Shown: positions 1 to 10,527 of the stretch, in pieces
Layout: each line of letters starts with the position of its first letter
Numbering within the stretch: the stretch's first letter is position 1
NCBI GenBank assembly: GCA_031316235.1
Contig: JALDRA010000001.1
Span: forward strand, 1,650,001-1,682,000
Length of the DNA stretch: 32,000 nucleotides
Direction: 5' to 3'
DNA from: Candidatus Scalindua sp.
GTDB taxonomy: Bacteria > Planctomycetota > Brocadiia > Brocadiales > Scalinduaceae
Translations under genes and position numbers: made by a program
The notes under the pieces: model-generated
What the model saw: only the letters and a program-made list of their open reading frames with translations
What the model was told of the DNA's origin: nothing
Database searches by the model: none

Positions 1-590
1 TTATATGACCACATCGTAATGCTGGATTGAATAAGTCCAAAAAAGGCGATAGAAGATGTTTTTGGATCAATTTCACTTTTCACCTTTCCTGACTGTATGG
101 CCGCTGAAAGGATCTCTTCTATGTTGCATAAATACTTTTCTATCAATTGTGAAATCTTTTTTCGTATGACAGGGTCACTGAATTGCATTGCTCCTAAAAT
201 AACAACCAATGATGTCTTGTCGCGGTTTTTTGCCAGGGTGAGCTGGTTAAGCAGGAGGTTTTTCAGATTTTGAATCGGATCATTATCCATTGACGATTTC
301 TCAATAACCTCCATGAGGGTTTCTTCAATATTCTCTATTAAAAGATTCAATATATCCCTTTTACTCTTAAAATGACGGTAAATAGCTCCTTTGGTAATTC
401 CCATTTGCATCGCTATTTCACTTATGGTTACGCCTTCAATTCCTTTAGATGAAATTATGCTTCGAATAATATTTATAATCTGCAGTCTTCTGATTTCTGT
501 AGATTTTCTAACTTGCACAGATTTCCTCCTTCTGTAATGGATGGATATGAATTTTGCAGAAACACATAAGCCGCTGAAACTAGTCAACAA
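1..590 (-). CDS. TetR/AcrR-family transcriptional regulator (3' end runs off the window; start uncertain)
   Basis: The ORF is absent from the track because it has no stop inside the window. Hand translation of the minus strand gives ...CRIINIIRSIISSKGIEGVTISEIAMQMGITKGAIYRHFKSKRDILNLLIEN..., a typical TetR N-terminal HTH. In-frame canonical starts are TTG 587/590, GTG 650 and ATG 662. A strong SD GAAGGAGGA (RC of 525-533) instead precedes an out-of-frame GTG at 519. Confidence 0.8.
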   Translation of the reverse strand, partial: MLTSFSGLCVSAKFISIHYRRRKSVQVRKSTEIRRLQIINIIRSIISSKGIEGVTISEIAMQMGITKGAIYRHFKSKRDILNLLIENIEETLMEVIEKSSMDNDPIQNLKNLLLNQLTLAKNRDKTSLVVILGAMQFSDPVIRKKISQLIEKYLCNIEEILSAAIQSGKVKSEIDPKTSSIAFFGLIQSSITMWSY

Positions 591-791
591 CAGACGGGAA
601 CCGACTATGGTAAGGTAAGAAAAGAGCCGTAAAGTGCAGGAATAAAGCACAAGAGGTACCATCTTTTATGTATTCACAATAAAATTTATACCTTTTTTAC
701 TTACTCCATTTTGACAACACCTGGATCTCCCCCATAGATCTTTCCTTGATCTTGCAGTTCTTTCAGGTCTGCCGGTTATTTTACTATTATC

Positions 792-1349
792 TTATTCATG
801 ACTCCCAGACTTCTTTTTTTGACTGCTTATATCCAACGCGTCCCTCAACCACTGAATTGAATAACCAAATTCATTATAATCTGTGTTCTGTTTCATTGTT
901 TCAGGAACACTATTATACCGCTTTGACTGAAGTGTGGTAACCGCAGCCTGTAAATCATGTTCAATTTCCTGAATCTTACCTAACCTCGCGTCAAGCTCAT
1001 TGATATGTTTTTTCGTTTCGGAAAGCCCCTTTCCAAGTGAACAGTTATTTATCTCAACCCTGCAAACGAGTCCATTCAGTGCCGCCTGAAGTTCTGAGTA
1101 ATTTCCCCCTATGGTATCAATTTTTTGAAAAAGTTCTTCAATCTGCCTTTTCATAATTTCCCTGTCATGGTTGAATGATTGCAAATTTAAGAGTTCCTGT
1201 TCATGATACCGGATTTTTTTATCAACAATTATCAGCCGTTTTTCCTGTTCCTTTTGAATGGCGGCAATCTTTTTTGAAAACCCGCTGCATCCCATAAACA
1301 GGGAAGAGAGGCTGACTACAAGAGAGATAAGAGAAATGTATTTTTCCAT
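792..1349 (-). CDS. Putative lipoprotein with coiled-coil region (hypothetical)
   Basis: ORF 792..1379. The internal ATG at 1349 gives MEKYISLISLVVSLSSLFMGC, a signal peptide followed by a lipobox-like FMGC. The rest is heptad-rich and charged (QKEQEKRL..., INELDARLGKIQEIEHDLQ). No family was recognised. Confidence 0.6.
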   Translation of the reverse strand: MEKYISLISLVVSLSSLFMGCSGFSKKIAAIQKEQEKRLIIVDKKIRYHEQELLNLQSFNHDREIMKRQIEELFQKIDTIGGNYSELQAALNGLVCRVEINNCSLGKGLSETKKHINELDARLGKIQEIEHDLQAAVTTLQSKRYNSVPETMKQNTDYNEFGYSIQWLRDALDISSQKKKSGSHE

Positions 1350-1533
1350 TATTGTGAAATCAGATTTTATCGAATACAAACACGATGATCATCAACCTTT
1401 TTCACCGTCCCAGGCATTTCGGACCAACGGCATCGGGATTATACAAAAGCTCTTTTTATAAGTAAACAAATACTTACTTTTTCTTGACAAACAAGTAAAC
1501 CTGTGTACACTTATAGAGAGGGCAGGGAATTTC

Positions 1534-1572
1534 AGATAATCATTAAAACCGATTTGGTTTTAGTAATTATCT
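1534..1572. repeat. Repeat family fragment: module-B-type hairpin only
   Basis: AGATAATCATTAAAACC-GATTT-GGTTTTAGTAATTATCT forms a 17-bp hairpin with one mismatch and one G-T wobble. The core CTAAAACCGATTTGGTTTTAG is shared with 6269-6289, and in reverse complement with 20525-20544 and 26273-26292. Confidence 0.6.
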
Positions 1573-1623
1573 AAACCCTGTAAAGTCTTTAGTCTCATTC
1601 ACCTTTGCATGGAGGCCGTAGAG

Positions 1624-1971
1624 ATGAAAAAGATATTTATCATGGTAGTATTTTTTCTGTTTTGCTTTCATGGGATATGGATACCCCGGGGAAATGCAAA
1701 AACTGTATCGGTATGGCATGGTCCCATTATAGTGAAGGATCTGGAAAAGGTCCCTGTCGACAACGAAAAGAAACTTTTCTCACTTAATGAAGAAAAAAAA
1801 ATGCTCCCGACTCTTCCAGATCTGGTCCTTTCTGACGATGGTTATGATGTAAGCAATGCGACAGACCCGGCTTCTTCAGACCAGGACTGGTCTGCTCAAC
1901 CGGCATCAAATACAAAATCTTATCCTAAAGTGTATTTGAATCTGTGGCGTTTTATCATACTTAGCGGGTAA
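1624..1971 (+). CDS. Small secreted hypothetical protein
   Basis: ORF 1609..1971. GGAGG at 1611-1615 lies 8 nt upstream of ATG 1624. The N-terminus MKKIFIMVVFFLFCFHGIWIPRGNA looks like a signal peptide. No family was recognised. Confidence 0.5.
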   Translation: MKKIFIMVVFFLFCFHGIWIPRGNAKTVSVWHGPIIVKDLEKVPVDNEKKLFSLNEEKKMLPTLPDLVLSDDGYDVSNATDPASSDQDWSAQPASNTKSYPKVYLNLWRFIILSG

Positions 1972-2257
1972 GAATAAGAGGAAACATTAATTCATTTACC
2001 TGTTCCGGATATCTCAATGCAGAAAGTCATGAGTGGTTGTGGGTCAGTTGATTGCGCAAGAACCCATTCGTTTTGCCGATGTGAATAATTTTTCAAAAAA
2101 AAAGAGATATATGCGAAGGAGGGAATTGTTGTACGGAGATACCTTGGAAAGGGTGAGTTTGAAAGGCCTGGTTTTTACCTCCGGGATGAATTAGCCGAGA
2201 AAAAACAGTACCATTCAAGTTCAGATCTCCTTACATGAGGCACTTTTACAAAAACTA

Positions 2258-3019
2258 ATGAATCCACAATTTCTGATCAAATTATCTGTTATCTTTTTTT
2301 GGTGTTCACTCTTTATCTATACTTCTTACTGGATAACAGGCTTTCTGGGGAAAAAAACAAGATTCTCTGTACTATTGGGCGGTATAATTCTCCATGCATC
2401 TGCGATAACGTTCAGAGGCATCGCCATAGAATACTTTCCATTAACAAACAAGTTTGAATCATTCAGTGGTTTTGCCCTTGCCACATTTATTGTCCTTTTA
2501 TGTAACTCTAAAATAGAGAGCTATGTCTACCGGATCGCTCTTTTTTGTGTTGGATACTGCTTTTTAGTTGCTGCCTCTTTTTTCCCTAAAGATCTCAGCT
2601 ACGCACCACCGCTCATGTTAACAATCTGGTATCTCCTTCACGTCCCGATATCTTTCTTCTGTTATGCCTTATGGACAAGTTCATCAGCAGCTGCATTGGC
2701 GAGGTATTTCTCATCCGGCAATCAGAGACGATTTGAGCAGGTAATAGATTTCGGGTTTCAGTATGGCTTTATAGCATTTTCGATATCAATGATATTTGGA
2801 GGCCTCTGGGGATTTGTTGCCTGGGGCTCATACTTCATGTGGGATGCCAAGGTTCTCTGGTCGGTGATTATATGGTTCTTTTATGCAACGTGCATCCATC
2901 TGGATTACTGGACTGAAGCAAAAAAATTCAAGACACCTTTAGCCCTGGTTGGCTTTATCATACTGCTCACTACGTATGTCGGCACAAGTTTCTTTACCCT
3001 GAGTTCTCACCGATTTTAA
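2258..3019 (+). CDS. ccsA: Cytochrome c biogenesis protein CcsA/ResC (System II heme handling)
   Basis: A polytopic membrane protein with a Trp-rich WWD-type motif, GGLWGFVAWGSYFMWDAKVLWS, and conserved His residues in flanking helices (LLHVPISF, CIHLDYW). Confidence 0.8.
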   Translation: MNPQFLIKLSVIFFWCSLFIYTSYWITGFLGKKTRFSVLLGGIILHASAITFRGIAIEYFPLTNKFESFSGFALATFIVLLCNSKIESYVYRIALFCVGYCFLVAASFFPKDLSYAPPLMLTIWYLLHVPISFFCYALWTSSSAAALARYFSSGNQRRFEQVIDFGFQYGFIAFSISMIFGGLWGFVAWGSYFMWDAKVLWSVIIWFFYATCIHLDYWTEAKKFKTPLALVGFIILLTTYVGTSFFTLSSHRF

Positions 3020-3062
3020 GCAAGACAATATTTCACAAAAACCTCTATAAAACGAGCAATAC

Positions 3063-4028
3063 ATGAAAGTATACAACTTCCTGACATCCCAGAAAACGGG
3101 AATCATTACCGGATTCACCGTAACCGGCCTCATGATCATTGGAAGCCTGATCATGAATTATTGGCCACAGTATTATGCAGGGCTTTCAGGAGAAGATATC
3201 AAATTCTTCTTTCAGGAAGTCCACCCCATTCACATCTGGTTCTATGTGATGTTTCTCGCCTTCATCATGTACGGAATCTCTATTTTTTTCTGTACCCTCG
3301 ACTCCGTTGTCAGGAAGATAAGAACCCGAACTCGAAAATTTCCTTTATATGGGGCTTCCATAGTACATATTGGATTTCTGATTACTCTTGCCGCACACTT
3401 AATAGGAGGTATAGGATCAGAATCAGGCACACCGATTACGGTTGCGGGTTCATGGGTTGCAACCGATGACTTTGAGATCAAGGTTGAAGATTTTAACTCT
3501 ACCTCGTATCCCAATGGAATGCCCAAACGGATTTATGCAACCATGAAGTTAAGAAGAAATGGGCAGGAGATTGAACGTGTCCTTGGATACAACAACCCCA
3601 TTGTTCTGGATCACGGTGCAAAAGAGATTCTACTCAGTACCTATGGCAACATGCCGGAATCAATTATCCTGGATGTCAGTGGAGAGGCATACGATTTGAG
3701 GGTAGGTGATGCCGTTACGATAAACGGAACAAAAGTGTATCTTGCTGATATATTCCTTCCTCCAAGAGTTCGACTCCCTGTTGCCATGTTCGTTTCACAA
3801 GGCGGGGAGACAAAAAACAATCAAATGTATCTCCCCATTGGCAAACAGAATAGACAAAATATTCTTGGGAAAGAGTTAACATTTATTGACATAAACACCT
3901 CCACTGCAGTAGTTTTCACCGTAAAGAACAATCCAAGTATCCCGCTCACACTGGTGGCAATTGGATGCTTTGGTTCCGGTATGCTGCTCGTCATATTCAG
4001 GACTGCCTACAAGATGGTTAGAATATAG
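3063..4028 (+). CDS. ResB/CcsB-like cytochrome c biogenesis membrane protein (short form)
   Basis: It lies directly downstream of ccsA. It has N-terminal TM helices with His (IHIWFYVMF, SIVHIGFLITLAAHLIGG), a soluble middle region and a C-terminal TM helix (LTLVAIGCFGSGMLLVIF). This is the ResB topology, but at 321 aa it is shorter than typical ResB. Confidence 0.55.
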   Translation: MKVYNFLTSQKTGIITGFTVTGLMIIGSLIMNYWPQYYAGLSGEDIKFFFQEVHPIHIWFYVMFLAFIMYGISIFFCTLDSVVRKIRTRTRKFPLYGASIVHIGFLITLAAHLIGGIGSESGTPITVAGSWVATDDFEIKVEDFNSTSYPNGMPKRIYATMKLRRNGQEIERVLGYNNPIVLDHGAKEILLSTYGNMPESIILDVSGEAYDLRVGDAVTINGTKVYLADIFLPPRVRLPVAMFVSQGGETKNNQMYLPIGKQNRQNILGKELTFIDINTSTAVVFTVKNNPSIPLTLVAIGCFGSGMLLVIFRTAYKMVRI

Positions 4029-4178
4029 AGTGAACTTTGAATCGATTCGGTTCCTTTTGCGGGGCCTGCTGATGATGAGAAAAAGAGTGATTTGATTAGT
4101 TGCGAATTTATAAGAAGAGGGAAGCTTTTGTCGCGTATTAAGCAAAAAATAATTTACTCTTTTGTATCATTAAATCCC

Positions 4179-5117
4179 TTACATGTGGAATGACAGGCAT
4201 GGTTTCATTCTACGAGACTTCCCTTTCCTTTCCCCCCAGTAGCTGTTGTTCTCAACGGGTGATTTCTGGTTTGATTTGTTGAAAATCATATCAGTAAAAT
4301 TATAAACAGGATAGCATTTTTTCAGATACGCTATTTGGGAAGAAGGAGCATTCTTGAATATGTCCGTTTTCTCTACAAAAAAATATTTCAAATCTTGATA
4401 GCTGTATTGATATTTATTTAAGAACTTCTCTGGATCGGTTTTTCTCTGGATAAACATACTGTAGCGGTCCCTTCTATCATGTTTCTTAAACTCTTTTTCC
4501 AGTGTGTTTAAGTTGATATATTTGGCTATTGCCGGGGCATTGTTAACCTCATCATACATTTTTAACTCCCCCATGTCTTTGAATAATAAAAAATCATACG
4601 TAATTTTGTGCTTTGGGTGTATGGTGATACAGATAAAGTCGAGTTTAAGAAATTCTTTTGTGTAATCAAGAATGTGTTTAAAGAGGAAGAATACGAGAAA
4701 GAGTTTTTTTGAATTGAGCATCATTGACACACTATTTTTGAATAGTTCCGTATCGCATGCAAGCATAGATATCTCGCATATCTTTTTACCGCCTACTCTT
4801 AACTGATTTAGCTCCTGGTGATAAATTTCATCCATAGGCAGTCCTACAGGAGAATCGAGTATGACAGTTGTTGTGGCAATTACATCTTTTCCGGCAGTAG
4901 CAACAAAAGTAGTCGTTTGAGGATGGGCATTATGTATCGCCAGCCTTAACCTTGAATTTGGATTTTTGATGTATCCTTTCTTTGCATACTCTCTGTGGAC
5001 CAGTGCCGCAGCGCCTTCCAATTCTTCTTTTGTTCTGGCAACTCTAAAATCTATCTTATCGAGAAAGTTACGCAAGCCTGAACGGTTAGAATCATTACAA
5101 TCTTTTGTCAGCTTCAT
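4179..5117 (-). CDS. FeeM-like N-acyl amino acid synthase / GNAT-fold acyltransferase (putative)
   Basis: The N-terminal pattern FRVARTKEELEGAAALVHREYAKKGYI...TTFVATAGKDVIATTTVILDSPVGLPMDEIY...KKICEISMLACD matches my recollection of the N-acyl amino acid synthase (Acetyltransf_5/FeeM) family. The track start 5138 is a TTG, so I prefer ATG 5117 (MKLTKD). About 100 extra C-terminal residues are of unknown function. Confidence 0.45.
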   Translation of the reverse strand: MKLTKDCNDSNRSGLRNFLDKIDFRVARTKEELEGAAALVHREYAKKGYIKNPNSRLRLAIHNAHPQTTTFVATAGKDVIATTTVILDSPVGLPMDEIYHQELNQLRVGGKKICEISMLACDTELFKNSVSMMLNSKKLFLVFFLFKHILDYTKEFLKLDFICITIHPKHKITYDFLLFKDMGELKMYDEVNNAPAIAKYINLNTLEKEFKKHDRRDRYSMFIQRKTDPEKFLNKYQYSYQDLKYFFVEKTDIFKNAPSSQIAYLKKCYPVYNFTDMIFNKSNQKSPVENNSYWGERKGKSRRMKPCLSFHM

Positions 5118-5761
5118 GGTTATCGGCAGAATAAACAATTGGGAGCTAAGGTTGATTTAGAGATGTTCGTAACAAAACAAATAGCATGCCATCTCTTACT
5201 AAAAAGAAAATAAACAGATGAGATCTGTTCGAAATTCAAGCGCACCGTGAAGGGAAATTCATACAGCGATCAATATATTCAAATACTTAAAATCTCGGCT
5301 GTTTTATTTAAGAGGGCAAATAAGAGAGGTAATTGTGGGAAATCATTCACGCAATCGTGTTAATAAAGGCTAATTTTAGCAAAATCTCCTGGACCGACCT
5401 GTTTAAAATATCCACACTTGTCTAAATTTTCAACATAATTCCCCCTGTCAGCCAGTAAAAGGTCGCAAAGATGCGATGAACTCCCGCAAAAAGAGTACCT
5501 CCATCTCTCTTGAGAACAATCAACTAAGACTAATTATATTAGTGTCTTAAACTGGCACATCTTAACCGGCTGATGGTCAGTAAGGTTTGCATTTTTACCA
5601 CGACAGACAGACCCTCTTTTTAACAATGTTTTTAGGATGAAAAGAGCTGTTTGTGTCCAAATTTGCAACAGGTGTGCAAAAATTCAACAATTACGAGGAG
5701 AGTTGGTCTCGATGAAATTGCAAGAAAGCTAGGAAATTATTGGAAAATACGTAGTCCTCTT

Positions 5762-6199
5762 TTATGACGAGTCAATACCGTCTTCCCCCGTGAGGTATGA
5801 AGAGAGTATTTTTCCACATATGAAATTTACATATCGTTGCCTATCGTTATGCTCCATCTTAGAGAATTTCACCCCTACACTATATAGGTCTTCTTTATTA
5901 ACAGCCGGGAGTTCTTCCTGGCATAGGTTTTTTTCGCATCTCACGACTTTGCATTTAAAGATAAGAGGATGGGGGTCCTTGGTTAGATTAATCTTTAGTC
6001 TCAATTCCGTATTTTTTTCTATATCCTTCCTATTTCGAAATCTTAAACCGTCTCCGCCAACATCTTCAACAGTCTGAGGTCCGATCCATTCAGTATCGGG
6101 AAGATATGAATAAAACAGATATACAGGAACAGAGAGCCTTTCACTTCTCCTGCTATCTTGAGAAAGAAGCTCTTTTATTTCATCTTTTTTAGAACTCAT
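5762..6199 (-). CDS. PilZ domain protein (c-di-GMP receptor)
   Basis: It has an RxxxR motif (SRRSERLSV, about 6131-6154) and a D-x-(S/G)-x-x-G motif (DVGGDGLRF). The track start 6235 is a TTG that would make the perfect palindrome at 6216-6233 coding, so I prefer ATG 6199 (MSSKKDEIKE). Confidence 0.75.
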   Translation of the reverse strand: MSSKKDEIKELLSQDSRRSERLSVPVYLFYSYLPDTEWIGPQTVEDVGGDGLRFRNRKDIEKNTELRLKINLTKDPHPLIFKCKVVRCEKNLCQEELPAVNKEDLYSVGVKFSKMEHNDRQRYVNFICGKILSSYLTGEDGIDSS

Positions 6200-6215
6200 A
6201 ATGCAACTTACGGAT

Positions 6216-6233
6216 GTCTGGCTATAGCCAGAC
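6216..6233. promoter_or_regulatory. Perfect 18-bp palindrome GTCTGGCTATAGCCAGAC upstream of the PilZ gene (possible operator or 5'-UTR hairpin)
   Basis: The sequence equals its own reverse complement. It sits 17 nt upstream of ATG 6199 and 28 nt from the end of repeat copy 6261-6403. Confidence 0.4.
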
Positions 6234-6260
6234 AAAATCCAGCAAAGAATCTTCTACCTT

Positions 6261-6403
6261 ATAGTATGCTAAAACCGATTTGGTTTTAGATTTTTCTAAA
6301 AACCCAAGTATGGTTAATGGTATCCCCGGACCAGGCGCAGAGGGCTTTACTCGCTCTATTTTTTTTCGGATTTTATCCGAAAACCATCATACGATGAGTA
6401 TAA
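6261..6403 (-). repeat. Modular hairpin repeat, full copy (modules A+C+B), reverse orientation
   Basis: Its reverse complement aligns along its whole length with 26156-26297. Shared elements are TATACTCATC...TTTCGGATAAAATCCGAAAAAA...GAGCGAG, a GC-rich insert, and ...AAAACCAAATCGGTTTTAGCATACTAT. Confidence 0.85.
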
Positions 6404-6634
6404 CAGCACCTTAAACAATCATTTTACCTCCTTTTTTGTAAAAAGCAATATTTTATGCACTGCCACAACCGTATTATCTTTAATTGACAGAGCGTTAACA
6501 GCTTGTATAATACGCCTGTATGTAATCCTCATACACAGCATCTTCTCTGCAACTTCTGGATTATGGACAAAAAGAGCGATTGCTATACCTTGAATATTTC
6601 CAACCATTTTATGATAAAAACATATTCGCAATAG

Positions 6635-8716
<2,082 letters not shown>

Positions 8717-8828
8717 TTTTGGCATAAAATTTGTGCACAAACATTCAATACTCGTGTCAGGTAAGACATGATTCTCTCTGCCTCGTCAAATACACCGGGC
8801 ATCTGAGAAGAGAAAAAAACCACATATA

Positions 8829-10190
8829 ATGGAAAAGTTAATTAGAAATGCCTTAAAAAACGCAAAAGCTGATTATGTAGAGATCCGGATACAGGAGGGG
8901 AGAAGGACCGGAATCGCTTATGTTGGTAAAGAGCTGGAAAGCATTGGTGAGAGTACTGCAATCGGGGGCTGTGTCCGGGCCTTGGTAAAAGGGGGATGGG
9001 GATTTGTAGCTTTCAATGATATTGAGAACCTGTCCCAGTATGTAAAGATGGCGTGTGTTCAGGCGCAACTTGTTGAAAATAAGGACATATCTCTTGCTGA
9101 AACTGACGTAATCCGCGACCATATAAAAACTAAAGTTGATATTGATCCTGCTGATATTTCCCTGACAGACAAGCATGACTTATGTCATAAATACAATAAT
9201 ATTATTCTCTCTTCAGAAAAAATTCAGACTACCAATGTCAGATATATGGATTCTCACAGCACACTATACTTCGCGAACCTTGAAGGGAGTTTTATTGTGA
9301 GCGAAAATATTTTCTGCGGTGTTTCGTTTATGGCAATTGCGAAAGACGGCATGAATGTGCAGCAGGCATATGATTCTGTTGGAGATCTCAGGGGATACAA
9401 AAACGTTGAAAATCTTGAGAGAAGCTGTGAAGAGGTGTCAAAGAGAGCCGTGGATTTACTTTCTGCAAAACCTGTAGAAGCTGGTAAGTATACCGTAATC
9501 GTCGATCCAAAACTTTGCGGTGTATTCACTCATGAAGCTTTCGGTCATCTGAGCGAAGCTGATTTTATCTATGAAAATGAAAAACTTCGAGAGGTTATGA
9601 AGATCGGAAAACGTTTTGGTTCAGACGATTTAACGATTGTTGACGATGGTACACGAGAAGGTGAGGCTGGTTATATTAAATACGATAGTGAAGGCACACC
9701 CTCGCAAAAAACATACTTGATACAGAATGGGATTCTGAAGAGCCGATTGCATTCGAGAGAAACCGCTGCAAAAATGGATGAACCCCCAACAGGAAATTCA
9801 CGTGCAATTAGTTATGCTCACGAACCAATTGTCCGTATGACGAACACCTATATGGAACCCCGGGATTGGACATTTGATGATATGCTGGCAAGTACAGACA
9901 ATGGTATTTATGCAAAAGGTTCACTTGGCGGCCAGACAAACACGGAGATGTTTACGTTTAGTGCTGAAGAGGCGTATCTCATAAAAAAAGGCAGGCTCTG
10001 CGAAAAAATCAGGGACATTGTCTTAACCGGTAATGTATTTGAGACATTGCTCAACATAGACGCAATCGGAAATGACCTTGTTCTTTTTGGAGGCCTTGGC
10101 GGCTGTGGTAAAGGCGGGCAGGCTCCTCTGAAAGTAAGTGACGGAGGACCCCATATCAGAATAAGGAATGTAACAATTGGCGGGAGATAA
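8829..10190 (+). CDS. tldD: TldD-type metalloprotease (TldD/PmbA family)
   Basis: It contains the HExxxH motif HEAFGHLSEAD that is characteristic of TldD. The glycine-rich C-terminus is family-typical (GGLGGCGKGGQAPLKVSDGGPHIRI). Confidence 0.85.
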   Translation: MEKLIRNALKNAKADYVEIRIQEGRRTGIAYVGKELESIGESTAIGGCVRALVKGGWGFVAFNDIENLSQYVKMACVQAQLVENKDISLAETDVIRDHIKTKVDIDPADISLTDKHDLCHKYNNIILSSEKIQTTNVRYMDSHSTLYFANLEGSFIVSENIFCGVSFMAIAKDGMNVQQAYDSVGDLRGYKNVENLERSCEEVSKRAVDLLSAKPVEAGKYTVIVDPKLCGVFTHEAFGHLSEADFIYENEKLREVMKIGKRFGSDDLTIVDDGTREGEAGYIKYDSEGTPSQKTYLIQNGILKSRLHSRETAAKMDEPPTGNSRAISYAHEPIVRMTNTYMEPRDWTFDDMLASTDNGIYAKGSLGGQTNTEMFTFSAEEAYLIKKGRLCEKIRDIVLTGNVFETLLNIDAIGNDLVLFGGLGGCGKGGQAPLKVSDGGPHIRIRNVTIGGR

Positions 10191-10275
10191 AAAAACACAA
10201 TCTCCTCACCTCCCTCACTCGTTGAATCCAGTATCCGGGCGGTAACTCAACCCCTGATTTTAAGAATTATCTGTT

Positions 10276-10361
10276 ATATACTAAAACCAGATCCTGGTGA
10301 AGGTATACTCGCTCAATTTTATCTCGGTTTTATCCGAAAACCAATATGAGATGAGTATATA
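10276..10361 (-). repeat. Modular hairpin repeat (module A plus collapsed module B), reverse orientation
   Basis: Its reverse complement is ATATATACTCATCTCATATTGGTTTTCGGATAAAACCGAGATAAAATTGAGCGAGTATACCTTCACCAGGATCTGGTTTTAGTATAT. This equals the type copy minus the inner B hairpin. Confidence 0.85.
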
Positions 10362-10527
10362 TGTTTTGTATGCGGAACACAGAATCCTGATTCCTGATAG
10401 AAATTACAGCCGAGGGCACTATTCAGAGTGAAGAATTTATACCTATCCTAACGGCCTGTGCAAATTGCAAGCTCATGAGAGTGACACTTCGGATTCTCAC
10501 ACAATCGGAAAGGAGATAATTTATCAT

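Noticed and set aside
746-940. A 64-aa plus-strand ORF overlapping the 3' end of the lipoprotein gene.
   Set aside because: It is antisense to a better-supported ORF, has an odd composition (YYY, FF runs) and has no RBS.
8730-8741. 12-bp perfect palindromes TTTGTGCACAAA (8730-8741) and TTTTGTACAAAA (29282-29293).
   Set aside because: Several 12-bp palindromes are expected by chance in 32 kb of AT-rich DNA, and nothing in their context supports a function.
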